Both the position numbers and the translations under genes were made by a program. Below the pieces are notes generated by a model, which was not told the origin of the DNA, ran no database searches, and worked only from the letters and a program-made list of their open reading frames with translations. Shown one piece after another: positions 1 to 11,000 of a stretch of 64,000 nt of DNA. The DNA is from Macrostomum lignano (taxonomy: Eukaryota): positions 157,743 to 221,742 of the forward strand of contig NIVC01001920.1 in NCBI GenBank assembly GCA_002269645.1. The letters run 5' to 3'. Position 1 is the first letter of the stretch; the number at the start of each line of letters is the position of its first letter.

Positions 1-413
1 TTGAAAGAGATCAGAAGGGTGAGCTCTAGGAACTTTGGGCTGGGTTAATTACCATAGAAGAAACTGTAGCGATAGAATGCTTAGAGGCGATTAGTGCAAA
101 CAAACGGCATAGAATAAGGAACTTGAACTTATATAAACTATAGTGCATCTCAGTGTGCGATACAGCACAATTTTCCTCTTGAAATATTTACATAGTTGAA
201 CATATTAAAAATTGTTTTCTGATTGGGGGCAACAATTCTAACCTATTGAAAAAGTGAAAAAAATGAGAATTTTGTCAAAATTTCAATTATATCTAATATC
301 TAATATTAGTTAATTATAAAAAAGGTTTTAGATTTCGAGTTTAAATTTTAAAGACTTTAAAAAGTCCTTATTTTTATAAATGTCAGTTTTTTTAAGCTTG
401 TCTTTTTATATTT

Positions 414-1234
414 GGCAGTTGTTATTTGTCTGGTGACTGAACGAATAGTGATGTGGTTATTTGTCTCTACTAGATAATGGCCATGCTTTCCTATTCATCC
501 AGTTAATACTGGAAAATAGGCATTTTGTTATTTGTCCAGTTAAATTGATAATGCTGAAATATCTATTTTATAGAAACTACAAGGGTGAGTATTCCTAGAC
601 TTCAAAGACTTTTTACTTGTATCTTGATTATTATGTTGTTATACTAGTGTGTGTCTACACCAAATTATGCCAAATTGAATACACTGCTTTGCTTACACTA
701 GTATACAACAAAATATGAATCAGTATATGAGAAAAGGGATGGGGGGCCGTAGCCCAGCGGTAGCGCAGCTGCTCTGGTGTGCTGCGACCCAGGCTCGATT
801 CCAAGTGCAGCCACATTAATTTGGGGCTGGATTGGAATCTTGGCTTGGCTTGCTTGTGCAATTAACGGCCTTGAGAGCCAACCCCCCCCCCCAAGGCGCA
901 GTGAAGTGTACATGCCTAACAATTGATAAAAGTTAGGGCCGCTGTACACTCCTATGTGAGTGTGTGCCTGTGTAACGTATCCGCGCGCTTGTATGCCTGC
1001 TCAGGGGAGTTGGCGGAATGGGCAGTAATGCCTCTCACTGGTTGTGTGCCAATGACGCTTAAATTGCGCCAGGGTGCACACAACCCCCCTGCCTCTAAAA
1101 AAAATATGAGAAAAGGTCTTAAAAAATCTAGAATATTCATCACAAAACAAATAGATACAAGTTTGTGTTAGCAATTTAACTGGACAAATAGCAAAAAGGC
1201 TATTTTTCCAGTCACCAGACAAATAACAACTGCC
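414..1234. mobile_element. Non-autonomous DNA transposon (MITE; MULE- or Merlin-like ends) interrupted by a SINE
   Basis: Perfect 26-bp TIR GGCAGTTGTTATTTGTCTGGTGACTG (414-439) with its reverse complement at 1209-1234. 9-bp TSD TTTATATTT at 405-413 and 1235-1243. Subterminal TTATTTGTC repeats. No transposase. Confidence 0.85.
738..1103 (+). mobile_element. tRNA-derived SINE, copy 1
   Basis: Pol III A-box TAGCCCAGCGG (750-760) and B-box GGCTCGATTCC (792-802). Short A tail at 1097-1103. 13-bp TSD ATATGAGAAAAGG at 725-737 and 1104-1116. Body aligns by eye with 28852-29237. Confidence 0.85.
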
Positions 1235-1465
1235 TTTATATTTATAAAACATAGTTTTGAAAATGTCTAACTAATAACTATACTCATTGCTGGAAGCACA
1301 TGGTATGTGTATTCAGTATCTAGCCCTATTTTATTTAGTTGACCTTAAACAATAGACCTGCATCTTCTTGTCTAATAAGTGTGCTCAGACCAAATGCCAT
1401 CTCTGAGTTTGTGGTAATCAGTGCTCCCAAATCCATGTTCCATAAACTTGATTCTTAATGTTTCA

Positions 1466-1756
1466 CATACATGCGCAACAGTCGGTTGGCCAATCTGGCT
1501 GACCAATTTGGCAGCCAACCAAGGAAATCACAAAAATGCCCACCCGAATAAATACCCCAAGTAGTACTAAGTAGATGACGAGGCATTTTGCCTTTATAAG
1601 ACAGTCATAGTTACTCCTGCCGTCTACCCAAAGTTGCGTTATTTATGCTTTAGGCTTTCTTTTACATGTAAGTCGCATTTTTAGTCAAAAACTGTCGCAT
1701 TTTTTGTTAAAGCTAAGTCGCACGGCCGACCGAATTTTGGAGGTTGCGCATGTATG
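1466..1756. mobile_element. 291-bp MITE with 8-bp TSD (hAT/P-like ends)
   Basis: 14-bp TIR CATACATGCGCAAC (1466-1479) and GTTGCGCATGTATG (1743-1756). TSD ATGTTTCA at 1458-1465 and 1757-1764. Confidence 0.8.
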
Positions 1757-2086
1757 ATGTTTCACTTCTCCTAAAGCCTCAGTACTCAATCTGAGCACAA
1801 TGTGCTTTCAACTTGGCTCTCTTAAATTTTTACTTAGTAACAATGAATAGTCCTAAATTAAGGATAATGATCAATATGTAATTTTATACTAGGCTAATGC
1901 ATTATGACTAACTGACTGGAGCCTATATTCCTTTCTGTTTGCAGTTGCAGCAGTTGTCTCCCTCAATTGCAGTTCATTCTTCCGCCCATTGGCATCTAGC
2001 ACTGAGCACTCAGCAGCACTCTCCCGCCCTGCCCCTACACCAAAGTCACTGAATCTCGCATTCTTCAAAGTTATCTCCAATCATCA

Positions 2087-4249
2087 ATGGGAAACTCGGA
2101 CAGTCGATCTCGGACACCGTCCGCCCGCATGGACGATGGCGGCCAGCTGCCCGGCGGGGGTCCACGCCGCGGCGGCTCTCTGGACCTGCCTGACGAGGCT
2201 GTTGATTATCCTGCGCTGATCAAGGTGAGCCTGGCCTGGGGCTTCTGTGCTGCTTGGCCTACTCATGAGTAGCGAGAGACGAATGTGAAACGAATTTCTC
2301 TGGGCACTGGTAGCTAAACACGAGGGTAAAGTCGTTAATGTCATTTGTAAGGTCGATCCGCCATTGGCAGATAAAAATTGGCAGATTGGCACTCTACCCC
2401 ATGTTTCCGGGATCGAGACGAGTGATGCCAAATATGTGATCCGTGCATCAATATGAAATATACATCGTTTAAAGCAGGAAATAAAATTTTGAAAGGTAAT
2501 AAAAATTGCTGTCTGTTGTTTGAAAAACAAACAAAGGCCTGAGCGCCAACATAGCCGACTAAATCCCGGGCGCCGGCGTCAGCCAGCGGGCAGTGGACGA
2601 AACGGCGAGTGAGCGCCTGTCCTCGGCGGTAGGGTGCCTGCAGCGTCAGCGGGGATGATGTGGCCTGCCAGCCGGAGTCGCTGAGGGCGCAGCAGGTCGC
2701 TTTGATAAACGAGCCCGGTGCGACGATGCAGTGCCGTGTTGGTCACTTGCTCTTCGGCTCGATCTTGAAGGCTGCGCTAAGCTGGCGAGCGGCCGCCGCG
2801 GCAGCTTGCCGTTCGGACGAGTCCGTGAGCGTACAGGTCTCGGCCACGTCAGCATAGTGGCGGACAGATGGTTAATGCCATTTGGCATGACACCGGGGAA
2901 CCGCAGTAGCCAGTTCCGATTACTAGAGCATTATTTGAAGGCTCGCAAGGATGCAGCCAGAGTATTTTCAATTTAATCCCCTCAGCAAAGCAGCGTGGAG
3001 CAGGAATACGGATTTCGCATTCGGGCTGAGACAATCAGCGAGCAGCCGGGCGATCACGTGACGGCCAGCAAGCTGCCCACCGTGTTCAAATGGAGCGGCG
3101 CTGGCAAGGAAGTCTTTCTTAGCGGGAGCTTCAACAACTGGCAGGCCAAGATCCCCCTGGTGAAGAGGTGGGTAAACATTAAGGGAATGACCGGGCCTTG
3201 GCGTTTGATAGGGAGGCTTGAGTAATGGTGGGGGTCGTTGTGAGCCCTGGAAATTTCTGGTGCGGTCACCTAGGAATCCAGGACATCATAACTTCAGGTG
3301 GGGACATCATGACCCCGGGGAATCCGGATGGGACATCATGAACCCAGGGAATTCAGGTGGGCATCCCATCTTGGCCAGCTACTCGAACCCTGTTCCAGCT
3401 GCAGTAATCAGTATTACAGTACTCGCACTGCATTCCCGCCCAATTGCAGCCAGGACCACTTCTACACCATTGTGGACTTGCCCGAGGGCGAGCACGAGTA
3501 CCAGTTTATTGTGGACGGCAAGTGGCAGGCCAATCCGAAAGAGGTAAGCATGCTGTTCGCTTGTTATACGAAAATGTTAGGAACTCTGCTTTTACATCTT
3601 TGGCACACGTTCTTCAAACCCCCGGTCAGTAGCCCCTCTCCCGGCGGTTCATTCCATCGCTAAGCTGCTCTGCATTGATAATCCTGGATTTGGTTAGCTT
3701 GCATGGAGCTGTGCCATTCTATCCCTACTGTTGACAGTCGAAGGGCTGCATGCTCCATTCTACTTACTAAGTAGTTCACACACAATTCCGCCTCGACAGC
3801 CGACCCGTCAAAATGCCGGCCGCGGCGGACCGCTTAACAATGTCCTCGAGGTGAAGTCCTCGGATTTTGAAGTGTTCGAAGCTCTGGCCATGGACATCGC
3901 CGAGAGCACGCAGTCCAAGGAGCACGGTCAGTCTGAGGTGTCCGAGCGCCTGCGGCACCGGTCTGGCAGCCCGCCGGGCCGCTACACCAGCCAGGTGCCT
4001 TCTGGCTCCGCCAGGCAGCCGGCCGGGCCGAACCGGGCGCCCCCGGTGCTGCCGCAGCAGCTGCTGCAGGTCATCCTGAACCGGCCCACCGACTCGCGGC
4101 TGGACCCCAACCTGCTGCCCGAGCCCGAGCACGTCATGCTGAATCACCTGTACGCGCTGAGCATCAAGGATGGCGTCGTGGTGCTGTCAACTATCCACCG
4201 GTATCGCAAGAAGTTTGTTACCACCGTCATGTACAAGCCGTGCGACTGA
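2087..4249 (+). CDS. PRKAB: 5'-AMP-activated protein kinase beta subunit, about 287 aa, 4 coding exons
   Basis: Exons 2087-2224, 2986-3167, 3450-3543 and 3800-4249 join in frame with GT-AG junctions. MGNSDS N-myristoylation-type start. Glycogen-binding module PTVFKWSGAGKEVFLSGSFNNW...DLPEGEHEYQFIVDGKW. C-terminal ASC domain PPVLPQQLLQVILN...LPEPEHVMLNHLYALSIKDGVVVLSTIHRYRKKFVTTVMYKP. Confidence 0.97.
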
Positions 4250-4850
4250 GCTCCGCCTGGGTGTGCCAGTAATAAGCGCTGCGTTTTGGTGGCTGGTCCA
4301 GTAGATCAGTGTTTTAACCAGATAGATTGGCAAATGTTTTATACTTGCATTGAACTTGTATCCAGATTGTCTTCGTGTATTGTCAGTTGCTCGAGTCACA
4401 GTTGCTTTATCTGGCATTAGTCTTATCTGTGTACAGCTTACATAATTGCGAGTGGGAGCTATTGTGGAGTATTTTGGAGAATAGGGTGGCTTCTTGCTAT
4501 GCTATTAAATAGTATCACTAATTTACCTAACGTTGAATTTTTAGTCTGTAACCAAACTCAATTATTTTTTTCTTGCGCTTCAACAACAATAAGACGAAAT
4601 GGACGCAATCCAAGTGCTGCAGGGTTATTCATCTCCAGTCAGTTTGCCTGCTGTTTTTCTGCCATTATATCACCGAAGCGTAATTGTTTTTGCTGGTGCT
4701 GTGTTCTCTGCCCATTAGTATTCTATGCTCATATTTCTGTCAATTAATTCCCGAGATCAATGCCTTCTAAATTGCCTGACTGCTGACATCTTCACTCAGC
4801 CTCCTCTTAATGAATACTCTGCTATCGGATACTATAAAGATGTGAGCATA

Positions 4851-5701
4851 TGGCTGCTCCGAGGGTAGGAAGTTGGAGGGGTGGCTGCTCTCCGTGGGTA
4901 GGAAGTTGGAGGGGTGGCTGCTCTCCGTGGGTAGGAAGTTGGAGGGGTGGCTGCTCTCCAGGGGTAGGAAGTTGGAGGGGTGGCTGCTCCGGGGGTAGGA
5001 AGTTGGAGGGGTGGCTGCTCCGGAGGTAGGAAGTTGGAAGATGGCTGGCTTGGGGTAGGAATTTAGGGGGGGGGGCGGCTGCTCCGGGTAGGAAGTAAGT
5101 TGGAGGGGTGGCTGCTCCGGAGGTAGGAAGTTGGAAGATGGCTGGCTTGGGGTAGGAATTTAGGGGGGGGGCGGCTGCTCCGGGTAGGAAGTTGGAGGGG
5201 TGGCTGCTCCGGAGGTAGGAAGTTGGAGGATGGCTGGCTTGGGGTAGGAATTTAGGGGGGGGGCGGCTGCTCCGCGTAGGAAGTTGGAGGGGTGACTGCT
5301 CTCCGGGGCTAGGAAGCTGGGGGGTGGCTTCTCCGGGGGTAGGGAAGTTGGAGGGGCGGCCGCTCCGGGAGTTGGAGGGTGGCTGTTCCGGGGTAGGAAG
5401 TTGGAGGGTGGCTGCTCCGGGGGTAGGAAGTTGGAGGGTGGCTGCTCCGGGGGTAGGAAGTTGGAGGGTGGCTGTTCCGGGGGTAGGAAGTTGGAGGGTG
5501 GCTGCTCCGGGGGTAGGAAGTTGGAGGGTGGCTGCTCCGGGGGTAGGAAGTTGAGGGTGGCTGCTCCGGGGGTAGGAAGTTGGAGGGTGGCTGCTCCGGG
5601 GGTAGGAAGTTGGGGGGTGGCTGTTCCGGGGGTAGAAAGTTGGAGGGGTGACTGCTCCGGGGGTAGGAAGTTGGAGGGGTGGCTGCTCTCCGGGGGTAGG
5701 A
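4851..5701. repeat. G-rich 30-bp minisatellite (TTGGAGGGTGGCTGCTCCGGGGGTAGGAAG)
   Basis: Visible tandem periodicity, about 27 degenerate copies. Confidence 0.95.
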
Positions 5702-6205
5702 AACGGATGCGCTGCAGTTGGTTGTCGCTGATTGAAAATGTACGATCATAGCTCGTGTATAATCATGTCTTGTACATGTATAATCGTACACTATTCTGGA
5801 TACTTTGAAAGTCTTTTGTGCCTATAAGTAGTGTTATCTGTATGTAAATTTTGCGTAAACTTAGCTTGATCACGCATCCCCACACTCTATCGGTGACATC
5901 ATTGAAGAGCCGCTGTCCTATTTATAAAAATTTTTACTCAAAAGCCTAGCCTAGTTTTATCTGTCTAACACTTTTGGTATCTGAAATGTCATTTTGTTAT
6001 ACAATAAATTCGCTATTTTTTGAGTCCTCCTGCTCTGCTAGCACTTCTAATAAGCTTTGGAGCAAAGCCACGGAAGCATAAAACCTTTGAAGAATGGTGA
6101 TGTTGAAGAATCAGTTCTGGAACAGAGAAGTTCTAGTAAATATTGTAATATATTCTGGTAAACTTGAGGGGGTGTCTGATAACGTTTAGAGCAAAACGCT
6201 CGGAA

Positions 6206-6668
6206 GAAATTCTTGTAATATTGATGGATTGGGTCTTGTAACTCGGGAAATTCTTGTAATATTGATGGATTGGGTCTTGTAACACAGGAAATTCTTGTAA
6301 TATTGATGGATTGGGTCTTGTAACTCGGGAAATTCTTGTAATATTGATGAATTGGGTCTTGTAACACGGGAAATTCTTGTAATATTGATGAATTGGGTCT
6401 TGTAACTCGGGAAATTCTTGTAATATTGATGAATTGGGTCTTGTAACACGGGAAATTCTTGTAATATTGATGGATTGGGTCTTGTAACTCGGAAAATTCT
6501 TGTAATATTGATGGATTGGGTCTTGTTACACGGGAAATTCTTGTAATATTGATGGATTGGGTCTTGTAACACGGGAAATTCTTGTAATATTGATGGATTG
6601 GGTCTTGTAACTCGGGAAATTCTTGTAATATTGATGGATTGGGTCTTGTAACACGGGAAATTCTTGTA
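6206..6668. repeat. 41-bp tandem repeat, about 11 copies
   Basis: Unit GAAATTCTTGTAATATTGATGGATTGGGTCTTGTAACTCGG. Confidence 0.95.
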
Positions 6669-7042
6669 TCGGAGGAGGAACTCTAAACTACTGTAAGTAG
6701 CACTACGTTAAAGCCATTGATCTGCCAGTATCGCATAGGCAGCTGCAGCAGTATCAATGGTAGTGCTTCAGGCCGAAGGATGGGAGGATGACGGAGCAAA
6801 TAAATGAAGCTCGCAAAACTGGTTCGCCAACTTGATGCTGCTTATGCAGCATATCCGCCAGTCATTGAATGCGCTGGGCATCGGCAAGATGACTTCCGCA
6901 GCTGCTGTTTGGCTCAGGCTCTGAAGTAAAATCTGTAATATATATTTCTGGGCGCGGGTGCTGTTTCAAAATAGTCCAGCTAGTGCTGGCATAGTGACTG
7001 ACAGTCCATTTTTCAGTTACTGCAGCCGCTGGTGCAGTTCCG

Positions 7043-7336
7043 CTAATTTCCACGGCTCCGGTGGCGCCGCTTCAGCCTGAAGATGGACGACGAGGCTCCG
7101 TGTTGCTGCGCGAGCTGCTTGCTCGGCGCGACGTCCGGGCCCAGGCGCTGCAGGTCCTGCAGCAGCAGCAGCTGCTCCAGCTCGGAGCTGTCCAGGTCGG
7201 CACCGCCGTTCAGCAGCTCGGCCAGCCGCTTCATCATCTGGACTTCGTCGTCGGCGGCTGCCGGGGCCGCCTGGCCAACTGACGCGAAACTGCAGAGCAG
7301 CAGCGCCAAGGCGGCGATCGCTGAGCGGATCGGCAT
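7043..7336 (-). CDS. Putative secreted peptide (prohormone-like) precursor, 97 aa
   Basis: ATG at 7336. Signal-peptide-like MPIRSAIAALALLLCSFASVGQA, acidic spacer, two KR dibasic sites (MMKR, FRLKRR), stop at 7043-7045. GC3-rich codon usage like the neighbouring genes. No family assignment. Confidence 0.7.
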   Translation of the reverse strand: MPIRSAIAALALLLCSFASVGQAAPAAADDEVQMMKRLAELLNGGADLDSSELEQLLLLQDLQRLGPDVAPSKQLAQQHGASSSIFRLKRRHRSRGN

Positions 7337-7489
7337 TCTGGTTGAGGAGGCTGTCGGTCTGCGAGCGTGGGTGGGCAGCCATGCTAGGTTATCCGTATAG
7401 AGAAGCACCGGAAAAGCTGCAGATGGCACACAGACACTGTGCTAAAAGTATTCGCTCCAATCTGCTTCAGAAACTGTTAGGGCCAGGCA

Positions 7490-7692
7490 GTCCCGGACCA
7501 AGTATCTGCATTGGAAGCACCAGGCCAGGGATTCTTGGACCAAGTATCTGCATTGAAAGCGCCAGGCCAGGGATTCTTGGATTAAGTATCTGTATTGGAA
7601 GCACCAGGCCAGGGAGTGTTGGACCAAGTATCTGCATTGGAAGCACCAGGCCAGGGATTCTTGGACCAAGTATCTGCATTGGAAGCACCAGG
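7490..7692. repeat. 42-bp tandem repeat, about 4.5 copies
   Basis: Unit CCAGGCCAGGGATTCTTGGACCAAGTATCTGCATTGGAAGCA. Confidence 0.9.
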
Positions 7693-8437
7693 TTGATTTA
7701 GAAACTCGTTGATCACTCGATCGCGATATTAGAAGTCAGCGTCCAAGTGCGCACGCCTCTAATTTTAAGGACTTCAGTATTTAAGTTAGCTGCACCCATG
7801 TGCTTTCTTTGTAATCCTACGTAATTTTGCAAAGCTATTGGGAGACCAAATTCGTGCTAAAGCTGGGAAGCCGCGGCCTCGGCACCTGAGGACTTCTTTG
7901 TCAGGCAGCTGAGCAGCCTCACGTTCGGCTCAAGCAGGCCACCATTGTTCTCGCAGTTAAACGCAGCAATTACCGCACGCACTCGGGTAAGGCCTGCGAT
8001 TTCCGCTGGGGTGTTGAAAACTTGAAAATACGGAGGCTGAGGCTCCGCATGGCAGCGGGGCTGCAGCAGCCCCTGGGGCAGCGAGGCCTGCAATTGCGAG
8101 CCGCGAATTGCAGTGGCGCTTCAGGCAGCTGGGCGTCACTCCTTTGTTCCCAGAGTCTGCTTCCTGTACGAGGCCTCCGTGAAAGCTGACACTTTCTTTT
8201 TCTCTTTGCCGTGACAGCTGCTGCGTACCTTTGACTTGAAGCTGCTTTTGAGCGAAAAATAGGAGTAAATGTTTCACTGACTTCTCTGCGGGGTATGGGA
8301 TAGCCTGGCTGAACAAAAAAAGAATTATCTTTGTGACGAATTATCTTTGCTTGGTGGACTCGAAGGGTCATGTTCGAAGTTTATACTCTTTAGCCTAATC
8401 GTTTATTCAGTCTGCCCTGCAATGATTACAAATTTCA

Positions 8438-8636
8438 GTAGGCAGGTAGGTAGGTAGGTAGGTAGGTAGGTAGGTAGGTAGGTAGGTAGGTAGGTAGGTA
8501 TAGGTAGGTAGGCAGGTAGGTAGGTAGGTTGGTTGGTAGGTAGGTAGGTAGGTAGGTAGGTACAGTGTAGGTAGGTAGGTATGTAGGTAGGTAGGCACAG
8601 TGTAGGTAGGTAGGTAGACATGTTTAGGCAGATAGT

Positions 8637-8694
<58 letters not shown>

Positions 8695-8757
8695 GGCAGA
8701 CAGACAGACAGACAGACAGACAGGCAGTCAGGCAGACAGGCAGGCAGGCAGTCAGGC

Positions 8758-8794
<37 letters not shown>

Positions 8795-8877
8795 GGCAGG
8801 CAGGCAGACAGGCAGGCAGTCAGGCAGACAGACAGGCAGGCAGTCAGGCAGACAGACAGACAGACAGACAGACAGAC

Positions 8878-8917
<40 letters not shown>

Positions 8918-9228
8918 GGCAGACAGGCAGACAGACAGACAGGCAGGCAGACAGACAGACAGACAGACAGACAGGCAGGCAGGCAGGCAGACAGACAGGC
9001 AGGCAGGCAGACAGGCAGGCAGTCAGGCAGACAGACAGGCAGACAGGCAGACAGACAGGCAGGCAGGCAGACAGACAGGCAGGCAGACAGACAGGCAGAC
9101 AGGCAGGCAGACAGACAGGCAGGCAGGCAGACAGGCAGACAGACAGACAGGCAGACAGGCAGGCAGACAGACAGGCAGACAGACAGACAGACAGGCAGGC
9201 AGGCAGGCAGACAGGCAGGCAGACACAC
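8438..9228. repeat. Compound tetranucleotide microsatellite: (TAGG)n then (CAGA/CAGG)n
   Basis: Direct reading: TAGG at about 8438-8618, CAGA/CAGG at about 8625-9228. Confidence 0.97.
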
Positions 9229-11000
9229 ACAGAGGCTCTCACCTCAAAGCTGCAAAGGCTCGGGTGCTGCCAGTGAATGCCTGCCTGTGCGCGGTGATTT
9301 TGCCAATTTTCGTCTCCGACGCCAAGTAGCGCGGAAATCTTTCATTTGCTGCTCAATTTATCCCACTAGTCTCATCTCGCATCCCCTACCGATAGGCGAA
9401 TTTCCAGTCCCCCCTGCTGGGCAGAGGTGAGCTGTGGGATTGGGCCAAGAGGGGAGCGGTTGCTAGGGGCAGCATACGGGAGACTGGGGAGAGGCCTCAG
9501 AGCGGGCGTGTCATTTCGGGCGAAGGCGAGCATCAGATGGGGCGCATGGGGCTGTTTGCCTGCGGCTGTGGGGACAAGAAGGCCGGTGAAGACATATGCT
9601 GGATATTTATGACTCAGATGTGCTCCGTTCGCGCTCTTCCTGCATGGACATCATCAGCTAAAGGGACGTAGTAGAGACGGGAAAAACAAAAGCATAAATA
9701 AAACTGAAAGGGATGGCGAGAGATGGAGAGAGGGTGGAGAAAATGAGAGATTAGAAAAGAGAAGAGATTAGCCGGTAATGTTCGGCTAATATATTAAAAC
9801 ACAAATCAATAAATGAATGAATTAAAATTGCAAAAGCAGATGGCGGCACACGTGGGACTTCAAATTATTTACGGATTCTTCAAAGCAGTCAGCCAGTGCA
9901 GCTGCTGAATGCCAAATCTGAGCTGTAAAATTCATTCCTGCCGCATCTCAGCGGCAATCAGCAATCAAAATCGGGAGCACAGCTTCAGTTGCAGCTTTCC
10001 GAGGCACAGAGTAACCATGAGTTTGCGGTAGATTTTTATCCAAGCTCGCCTCATTCCGCTAGCGCCCGTCTCCCCATTCAGGCTGGGATATCTGGCACAG
10101 GCCTATCTGCTCCATGTTCATTTCCCATTCTCAACAGGCTCCGAGAGGCTGTGGGGAGCGGAAAGTTGGAGCCGACAACGCTTGCGCATCCCGGCAGCCC
10201 AGTAACAACATCCGCATTGCGTCATTAATTATTAATGACGCCCCGTCGCTGCCTCTGAGCTGGCGGGCCGTATTTTAAGGACGAGAGGAGACTTTCGCCT
10301 CTGCCGCGCGGCTCAGCCGCTTACACCTGGACAGGTCTCGGCTCTTCGGATTCACTGCGTTGCGTTGCCAATAGCAACCGGTAGGTGAGTGTAGCTGCCG
10401 CTGCTATCCATTGACTTGCCTATAATTCTTATCTGCCCGGGGCATCGCTGAGCCAGGAGATGTTTGACTTGCCTCTCGAAGCAGTGTTGACAAAAACATT
10501 TGTTTAAACAGCAGCGTTTCCGCTATTGAAGTTGAAAATCAATTTGCTGGAAGACAGCGAGAGCCGCTCTCGCTTTGCTAGCGCGGAGGACAAGCGGAGG
10601 CCACAGGCGAGTGCTCGAATTGCTAATCCCCAGACTGGTAATCCCTAGGATTAGGATTGCAGGCTCTCTTGCAGACAGCCAATGCGCCAGCTTAACGGTT
10701 TATCCTAATAGAAGCTTTGTGCAGGCGGAGGAGCTGACTGAATACCTGAGCAACTGAGGATCTGGGAGGGTGTCCCAGCAGCTGAGAATCTGGGAGGATA
10801 GCCCAGAAACTGAGGATCTGGGAGCGTGGCCCAGCAACTGAGGATCTGAGGGGGAATGGTGGGCCCGGCTAGATTAGCTGAGAAGTCCGACTGACAGCCG
10901 AATGCCAGACGAGATCACGTGACCATGTCCCGGCATGACAGCCGGAAATTCGCATTTGCAGTCTCCGCCATTAACCATCTGGTCCAGCAGCATCGTCCCC

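Noticed and set aside
744-810. SINE heads (also 28855-28920) as tRNA genes
   Set aside because: A and B boxes are present, but no acceptor-stem pairing or poly-T terminator follows. The sequence continues into a shared TSD-flanked body.
7860-7990. Exon-like segment WEAAASAPEDFFVRQLSSLTFG ending at a GGTAAG donor
   Set aside because: No partner exons, start codon or recognisable domain were found.
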